From IMG/VR virus record IMGVR_UViG_3300045988_102538: a stretch of DNA of 36,917 nucleotides; one strand, 5' to 3'. Position numbers and translations under genes: made by a program. This document shows, one piece after another, positions 32,061-36,917 of the stretch (its first letter is position 1; every line of letters begins with the position of its first letter). The DNA is from a virus. The notes beneath the pieces are model-generated. The model ran no database searches. It was not told where the DNA came from and worked only from the letters and a program-made list of their open reading frames with translations.

Positions 32061-32126
32061 TACCCAATTGAGAAGGATTTGTAAAGAATACTCAATTGAG
32101 TAACAATAAACTTACTCAATTAAGTA
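32061..32126. promoter_or_regulatory. Genetic-switch operators: three copies of the palindrome (T)ACTCAATTGAGT(A)
   Basis: tacccaattgaga at 32061-32073, the perfect tactcaattgagta at 32089-32102, and tactcaattaagta at 32113-32126. Confidence 0.65.
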
Positions 32127-32176
32127 CGGTAAGAATTACCGCAAGGCAATGAACAAAGAAAGGAGCGGCAAGACAG

Positions 32177-32422
32177 ATGAGTGAGACGGAAACCATCGCA
32201 AGGAATCTCAGCGGCGAGCTCGCACGGCACCGCAAGACACAGGCCGCGCTCGCCAAGGAACTCGGCATGAGCGAGAAAACCGTCAGCGAACGACTGCGAG
32301 GCAAAGGAGCATTCGATACCGAGCAACTCGAAAAGACGGCGACGATGCTCGGCATGAGCCTCTACCAGCTCATGATCAAGCTCCTGCAACCAATCGACGG
32401 CATCAAACAGATCAAGCCGTGA
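32177..32422 (+). CDS. Cro-like XRE-family HTH regulator
   Basis: LARHRKTQAALAKELGMSEKTVSERLRGK. AGGAG RBS. Divergent from the repressor gene. Confidence 0.8.
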   Translation: MSETETIARNLSGELARHRKTQAALAKELGMSEKTVSERLRGKGAFDTEQLEKTATMLGMSLYQLMIKLLQPIDGIKQIKP

Positions 32423-32425
32423 GCC

Positions 32426-32467
32426 GCGCTCGCCGACGAATGAATCGAAAGGAGAATCCGAAATGAG
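32426..32467 (+). repeat. 42-nt gene-junction repeat, copy 1
   Basis: gcgctcgccgacgAatgaatcgaaaggagaatccgaaatgag differs by 1 nt from the copy at 33054-33095. Confidence 0.9.
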
Positions 32468-33071
32468 CATCAACATTCCGGCCGAGACGCCGGACGAATC
32501 CACGAACCCGATTTCCGTTGAGGAGTTCGAACGCCTGCACCCGGCGATGCTGGGCGCGATAAGGAAAGCCGTCCGCGAGGAACCAGCTCGAACGGTTATC
32601 GGAACAGTGGGCGACGACAGGAGGAGCCACCTGTCCAGCCTTGACCTGCGAGGCATCGGCATCGAGGTCAGACGGCAGTTGTCGGCCCGCGACATGACGA
32701 CCGAAGTCATGGGCTCGATTCTCGAGCACATCAATCAGGCCGCGGACCGACTAAGCACGGAGATACAGGAACTCCGTTCAGAACTTATCCGAGAGCACGT
32801 CGAGACAGTAGGCGGCGGATGCCATGGAGGCATCCATCGAATCGAATCCCTTGGCGAGGAGGGAAAGACCTTGGCACAGGGCTCTCATCCTCTCGTCGGG
32901 ATCGGACGTTTCGGCGGCCTTCCCAAACACGGCGCTCGCCTTCGCGAAATCGGATCCATTGCTCATATTCTCACCTCCCTTCTTTGCGTGGGTCTGCTCA
33001 TTCTCCCACTCGGTAGGAAGGCCCTCAAACGAAACACGTCGGGAAAGCAATCAGCGCTCGCCGACGCATGA
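32463..33071 (+). CDS. Hypothetical early protein (202 aa; 3' half is antisense to a better-looking minus-strand ORF)
   Basis: Strong RBS and a coding-like 5' half. The 3' half shows weaker third-position GC bias. Confidence 0.45.
   Translation: MSINIPAETPDESTNPISVEEFERLHPAMLGAIRKAVREEPARTVIGTVGDDRRSHLSSLDLRGIGIEVRRQLSARDMTTEVMGSILEHINQAADRLSTEIQELRSELIREHVETVGGGCHGGIHRIESLGEEGKTLAQGSHPLVGIGRFGGLPKHGARLREIGSIAHILTSLLCVGLLILPLGRKALKRNTSGKQSALADA
32778..32966 (-). CDS. Small helical protein (62 aa), reverse-oriented in the early region
   Basis: GGAGGTGA RBS 5 nt before the ATG. High GC3. Paralogue-like to 34892..35074. Confidence 0.5.
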   Translation of the reverse strand: MSNGSDFAKASAVFGKAAETSDPDERMRALCQGLSLLAKGFDSMDASMASAAYCLDVLSDKF

Positions 33072-33095
33072 ATCGAAAGGAGAATCCGAAATGAG
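33054..33095 (+). repeat. 42-nt gene-junction repeat, copy 2
   Basis: gcgctcgccgacgCatgaatcgaaaggagaatccgaaatgag. Confidence 0.9.
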
Positions 33096-33696
33096 GAAGA
33101 TGAAGAGATCCGATGTCCGCGAATGGATTCCAGGTGAACCGCTTGAACGGGTCGATTTCGGCAACGGTTGCACGGGGATGGATAAGAGCATTCCTAAGGA
33201 ACCCGGTCAGGTGGGCGATTTCAAGCGTCTCATTTGGAAATGCCGTGCCATTGAAGCGGACGGAGGGCCATGCCTTGATGTGCTTCCATCCGAATATTGG
33301 ATTGACGACGTGAAGCAGGGCGACTGCTTCGATGTGGTCACCGACGGATCAAGTTACGGCCCATGCAGCTTCGGTGGTGCGTGGACTTATCTCGCTGGCG
33401 TTGATACGGGATGGCATCTCGCCCGCAGGGAGCGTCATTCCGGTTTGTGTGCGACCTTGCGTGGCATATTCGATTCGTTGACTCATCGCCACGAGAACGC
33501 GACTGATGCAGAACAGTTGGTTACGGCCTCGAAGCCCTCTCGCGAATCTGCTGAACCCTCTTCGAGCTGCGGTTCCACGCCTCCTTCTTTATCTCGGTCA
33601 GAGATACACGAATCTTATGACTGCGCGACATGTGGGACGACCGCCACTCAATCTCGAAATCATCGGGAAGCAGCAGCACAGCATTCTCGCCGGTGA
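33091..33696 (+). CDS. Hypothetical early protein (201 aa)
   Basis: Starts at the repeat-borne RBS/ATG. Its 3' end overlaps a convergent ORF. Confidence 0.45.
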   Translation: MRKMKRSDVREWIPGEPLERVDFGNGCTGMDKSIPKEPGQVGDFKRLIWKCRAIEADGGPCLDVLPSEYWIDDVKQGDCFDVVTDGSSYGPCSFGGAWTYLAGVDTGWHLARRERHSGLCATLRGIFDSLTHRHENATDAEQLVTASKPSRESAEPSSSCGSTPPSLSRSEIHESYDCATCGTTATQSRNHREAAAQHSRR

Positions 33697-33997
33697 AACC
33701 GGTATGGCAGATCTGATTCGGCCTTAACCGCTTGGCCAACAGCGGCGTATAGGGGCTTGTTCCCAACGTTGCCTGAGGGGGGATTCGGACGTCATACATC
33801 GTCAGAGGCCCAACAAGCCGGAAATACACGATGCTGTTTGACGTGGAATCAAGAAAAGGCTCCAGATCGGTTTTGGACAAATCGTCCCTACGGCGAATGG
33901 AGTGGATTTGAAACTGCTGCAGAACGTTCCACGCCAAAGACGCCCCGGCGATGATGGTCGAAGCCCAGCCTGCCGGATCCTCAAGAAAACTACTCAC
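33521..33997 (-). CDS. Hypothetical protein (158 aa), reverse-oriented, hydrophobic N-terminus
   Basis: Third-position GC bias favours this frame over the overlapping + frames. GTG start with no clear RBS. Confidence 0.45.
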   Translation of the reverse strand: MSSFLEDPAGWASTIIAGASLAWNVLQQFQIHSIRRRDDLSKTDLEPFLDSTSNSIVYFRLVGPLTMYDVRIPPQATLGTSPYTPLLAKRLRPNQICHTGFTGENAVLLLPDDFEIEWRSSHMSRSHKIRVSLTEIKKEAWNRSSKRVQQIRERASRP

Positions 33998-34021
33998 AAA
34001 CTCGATTCTAAGGAGAATCTA

Positions 34022-34804
34022 ATGAACAATGAAATCCAGAAGTTCGATTTCAAGGGCGCCCCATTGCGTACCCTGACCGATAAGGCGGGGGAGCCCTGGT
34101 TCGTCGCCAAGGACGTATGCGCCATCCTCGAAATCAGCAATCCATCCGATGCATTGAAAAGGCTTGACGATGATGAACGGTCTAGGTTCAATCTAGGGCG
34201 TCAGGGCGAGACCAATATCGTCAACGAAGCCGGACTGTATGTTCTCGTGCTCGGTTCCCGCAAGCCCGAGGCTCACGAGTTCAAGCGGTGGGTGACGCAT
34301 GAGGTGCTGCCCCAGATCCGCAAAACCGGCGGCTACATCCCGACGTCCGAGTCGGATTCAGATGAGGACATCATGGCCAGGGCCGTGCTCGTCGCGCAGA
34401 AGACCATCGAGCGCAAGAACCAGCAGCTTCAAGCCAAGGACACACAGATCAAGATGTTGGAGCCGAAGGCCCGGTTCGCGGACGCCGTGGCCGCGTCAGA
34501 CGGCACGTGCCTGGTCGGCGAGCTCGCGAAGATGCTCCGGCAGAACGGGATGGACATCGGCCAGAACAGACTGTTCCGTCTTCTTCAGGCTGACGGGTAT
34601 CTCGGCAAGTCCGGTTCGAATCGCAACGTGCCGACACAGCGTGCGATGGACCTCGGCCTGTTCCGCATCAAGGAGACCACCGTCACCCATGCGGATGGGC
34701 ACACCACGGTCAGCCGCACTCCGAAGGTCACGGGCAAGGGGCAGCGCTATTTCATCGACCGGTACTGGGGTCGCACCCAGCCGTCGTTGGAAGCGGGGGC
34801 GTGA
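34022..34804 (+). CDS. Antirepressor (Bro-N + KilA-C/ANT-like)
   Basis: FDFKGAPLRTLTDKAGEPWFVAKDVCAILEISNPSDALKRLDDDE...EAGLYVLVLGSRKPEAHEFKRWVTHEVLPQIRKTG. AAGGAG RBS. Confidence 0.85.
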   Translation: MNNEIQKFDFKGAPLRTLTDKAGEPWFVAKDVCAILEISNPSDALKRLDDDERSRFNLGRQGETNIVNEAGLYVLVLGSRKPEAHEFKRWVTHEVLPQIRKTGGYIPTSESDSDEDIMARAVLVAQKTIERKNQQLQAKDTQIKMLEPKARFADAVAASDGTCLVGELAKMLRQNGMDIGQNRLFRLLQADGYLGKSGSNRNVPTQRAMDLGLFRIKETTVTHADGHTTVSRTPKVTGKGQRYFIDRYWGRTQPSLEAGA

Positions 34805-34891
34805 TGGGTGTCTATGAAATACGCCGCCGCCAGCTGAGGAACGGATCCTACACCGGCGGCGACTACACCAGTGCCGTCAAGGCGGCAAGGC

Positions 34892-35074
34892 TTACCTACG
34901 GACTTGGCGAATCAACAATTTCGTCTCATCAACGGATTTATCCAGAAGCGTCATCGCATACGCGAGATCGTTCAATCCCTTCGCAAGCTCACGCTGCGAG
35001 TAATCCGTCGTCGAATTGGAGGCGTTGTTGAAATGCGTTTGCGCGGAATAAAACCAGCTTGTCGCATTACTCAT
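34892..35074 (-). CDS. Small helical protein (60 aa), reverse-oriented in the early region
   Basis: AGGAGA RBS before ATGAGTAAT. Shares MSN..., R-L--GL--LA and D-S positions with 32778..32966. Confidence 0.5.
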   Translation of the reverse strand: MSNATSWFYSAQTHFNNASNSTTDYSQRELAKGLNDLAYAMTLLDKSVDETKLLIRQVRR

Positions 35075-35193
35075 AATTCTTCTCCTAACTGTTCGGCCCG
35101 CACGTCGGAAATGCGGGATGACACCGATTTTAGGAGGGGGCCGGGCGGTTCTCCTAACGCCGCCCGGCATTACACACGCAAAGGAGGCGCGTG

Positions 35194-35439
35194 ATGGAAG
35201 ACGATACGACGTTCGCTGCGCTCGCTGAGGTCCTGAAACCGATGAACACGACGAAGGACATCGCGGACCGTTGCGGCATCAAGGAGGGCACCTTGGCGTA
35301 CTGGCGTGGTGCGGGAATCGGTCCGAAGTTCGTGAAGGTCGGACGGACCGTCATGTATCCGAAGGAGCCGATGATCGCCTACTTCAAGGAACACCTCTAC
35401 CAGAGCACATGTGAATACGAGGGAAAGGAGTCGGCATGA
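35194..35439 (+). CDS. Excisionase/AlpA-like HTH DNA-binding protein
   Basis: AGGAGG RBS. TKDIADRCGIKEGTLAYWRGAGIGPKFVKVGRTVMYPKEPMIAYF. Confidence 0.6.
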   Translation: MEDDTTFAALAEVLKPMNTTKDIADRCGIKEGTLAYWRGAGIGPKFVKVGRTVMYPKEPMIAYFKEHLYQSTCEYEGKESA

Positions 35440-35627
35440 AAACGATTCGCAAGGCCTGCGTGCAGGCAGTGTTCGACGAGTTCGAGACCCAGGGCGAAAT
35501 AGTCCACCCATTCAAGGACGTGGATGCGGAGGCCATGAGGTCGCTCGGCCACATCGTCGGATACGTCGACCTCGACGTCACCGGTCTCGTGGACCTCATC
35601 ATCGACACGATCAACAAGGAGCTGTGA
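35436..35627 (+). CDS. Hypothetical protein (63 aa)
   Basis: ATGA overlap upstream; acidic. Confidence 0.5.
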   Translation: MKTIRKACVQAVFDEFETQGEIVHPFKDVDAEAMRSLGHIVGYVDLDVTGLVDLIIDTINKEL

Positions 35628-35842
35628 TGACACTCAGGAGAATCGACGCGGAAACGCTGCTGACGCCACCAGTACCGCCGAGGGGCACGGTGATCATGTT
35701 CGGTTTGACCGGCTATGCGATTCGCGTCACGGGCAAGGGCGCCAGCCTCATGGCACTCGACGTCGACGGAAGCCAGGAGCTGGCGAGCATCGGGAAAGAC
35801 CAGGCAAGGAAATTCATTCAAAGCATCGGAGGCGCAAGATGA
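35627..35842 (+). CDS. Hypothetical protein (71 aa)
   Basis: TGATG overlap. Internal start of track ORF 35411..35842. Confidence 0.45.
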   Translation: MTLRRIDAETLLTPPVPPRGTVIMFGLTGYAIRVTGKGASLMALDVDGSQELASIGKDQARKFIQSIGGAR

Positions 35843-36078
35843 CGGACAACGATTATCGCATTGAGGACAGGTTCGAAAAGGGAAGGCCGAACTACACGCT
35901 CAGGCGTTTGAAGTTCACGCTGGCCGTGGTCGGTCTGGTCGTGAGCGTGACGCTCATGCTCACCTGGCATGGCGGCGGTCTGACGGGCGCGCTTGTGGTT
36001 GAGGGCGTGTATCTGGCCACGGCCCTGTGGCTGACGGTCAGGTTCGCTCCGCGCGATGACGTGGATGGCGACGTCTGA
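35839..36078 (+). CDS. Two-TM membrane protein (79 aa)
   Basis: ATGA overlap. TM segments FTLAVVGLVVSVTLMLTW and ALVVEGVYLATALWLTV. Confidence 0.55.
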   Translation: MTDNDYRIEDRFEKGRPNYTLRRLKFTLAVVGLVVSVTLMLTWHGGGLTGALVVEGVYLATALWLTVRFAPRDDVDGDV

Positions 36079-36086
36079 CCGTATCC

Positions 36087-36218
36087 GCCGGCGTACAAGG
36101 ACGCGGACGGATGGCGGAGGCGTGGGGGTCCCTTCATCTCACATTGCATTTCACGCATGCACTCTCACGTCTTCCGCCGTCACGCCGTCCGCTGTGGGTT
36201 CGAATCCCGCCGCCGGCG
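36087..36218 (+). ncRNA. tRNA-like element 2 (acceptor + T arm, very long central hairpin)
   Basis: GCCGGCG-TA ... GTGGG-TTCGAAT-CCCGC-CGCCGGC-G. A roughly 16-bp helix pairs 36113-36129 with 36161-36178. Lies in a 293-nt non-coding gap. Caveat: the acceptor sequence is itself palindromic. Confidence 0.25.
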
Positions 36219-36371
36219 CTTGGCCGGACCGTCAACGCCGCCCGCATCCCCGCCTCGTTCAGCTTTCTTGGTGGTGTGGGAACGATGGGCGTGCTTCTTT
36301 GCTGTCATGGCGCCCAGCGGTCCGGCTCGTATCAATCAATCTCATATCAATCAAGGTCAAGGGAGGAACCG

Positions 36372-36716
36372 ATGAAGGAGATTCTGCCGCATTGGCATTT
36401 CAGTCCGAACGCTCCGGTCAAGGACGTCGACACGAAGAAGATGACGAGTGGTGACAGGGCGGTGGCCGGCGCGTGCCGTCGGGCGATGGAGACCGAGGCG
36501 TGGAAGGAGCTGGTGATCCTCGAATCGTTGGGCGTGCGTTTCAACGGACTGGTGGGCCGGTTCGTGTCCGAGGTCGCCATGCCGGTGTTGGAGGTGATGC
36601 CTGGTGACAGTTTCCATCAGGGCACGAAGGCTCAGTTGTCGCACATGGTGAAGACCAGGGATGGTGGCGAGACCATCCGCATCATCAAGACTCTCGCCGT
36701 GAAAGGTAGGTTCTAA
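36372..36716 (+). CDS. Hypothetical protein (114 aa) upstream of ssb
   Basis: GGGAGG RBS. TAATG overlap with the ssb start. Confidence 0.6.
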   Translation: MKEILPHWHFSPNAPVKDVDTKKMTSGDRAVAGACRRAMETEAWKELVILESLGVRFNGLVGRFVSEVAMPVLEVMPGDSFHQGTKAQLSHMVKTRDGGETIRIIKTLAVKGRF

Positions 36717-36917
36717 TGGCTGGTGAGACGATTATCGCGGTGGTGGGCAATCTGACCGCGGATCCGGAGATTCGTACCACTGGTAGCGGCGCAGCCGTTG
36801 CCAGCTTCACGATTGCCTCAACCCCGCGCACCTGGAACCGTAACACGAACCAGTTCGAAGACGGTCAGGCTTTGTTCATGCGCTGCTCCGCGTGGCGCGA
36901 CATGGCCGAACATTGCG
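36716..36917 (+). CDS. ssb: Single-stranded DNA-binding protein, N-terminal part (continues at base 56 of the window via the circular junction)
   Basis: [60 protein letters not shown] is a classical SSB OB-fold start. Confidence 0.85.
   Translation, partial: MAGETIIAVVGNLTADPEIRTTGSGAAVASFTIASTPRTWNRNTNQFEDGQALFMRCSAWRDMAEHC

Larger units (their letters stand above)
1..36917. mobile_element. Complete temperate siphovirus-like phage genome, circularly permuted (unit 36862 bp)
   Basis: Full set of lysogeny, replication, packaging, head, tail and lysis modules plus attP. The two window ends are identical over 55 nt and a single gene (ssb) is split across them. Confidence 0.85.

Noticed and set aside
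34801-35031. Plus-strand 76-aa ORF after the antirepressor.
   Set aside because: It has low-complexity Ser/Arg-rich translation and poor third-position bias, and it lies opposite a minus-strand ORF with a strong RBS. It is kept only as a possibility in the antisense-overlap finding.
36330-36354. Direct repeat TATCAATCAA x2 (36330, 36345) upstream of gene 36372.
   Set aside because: It is too short and isolated to interpret. It may be part of a promoter or operator for the replication genes, but nothing else supports a call.

Overview
This window is one complete, circularly permuted genome of a high-GC temperate siphovirus-type phage. The unit length is 36,862 bp; bases 1-55 equal 36863-36917, which splits the ssb gene. 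Gene content and collagen-like fibres suggest an actinobacterial (Bifidobacterium-like) host, but that is inference only. The + strand starts with early and replication genes that run from 32177 through the wrap point to 4782: Cro-like, Bro-N antirepressor, Xis-like HTH, SSB, a wHTH replication initiator with internal iterons, HNH, DEDDh exonuclease, Lar-like protein, lipoprotein and a regulator at the Q position. A consensus promoter, an immediate terminator and a tRNA-like element follow. Next come packaging genes (HNH, TerS, TerL, portal, and a MuF-like protein with an extra nuclease-like C-terminus) and a tRNA-Tyr. Head and tail genes then follow: scaffold, HK97-like capsid, connectors, major tail protein, G/G-T chaperones with a CCCAAAA -1 slip site, tape measure, Dit, Tal and collagen-like fibres. 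The + strand ends with lysis genes (signal-peptide GH25/LysM endolysin, holin) and attP. The - strand carries the integrase, an ImmA-like protease, and a CI-like repressor translationally coupled to an AT-rich three-gene cargo (DUF4236-like membrane protein, DUF3800-like protein, unknown protein). The stand-out system is a shufflon at 22.7-25.5 kb. It has six copies of a 17-nt site: one inside the tail receptor-binding protein gene, three direct and two inverted downstream. Each downstream site is immediately followed by a start-less, in-frame alternative C-terminal cassette, and a tyrosine recombinase gene has its stop codon inside the last site. Six alternative receptor-binding tips are therefore predicted. 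All calls rest on reading the sequence and ORF translations; no database search was possible.
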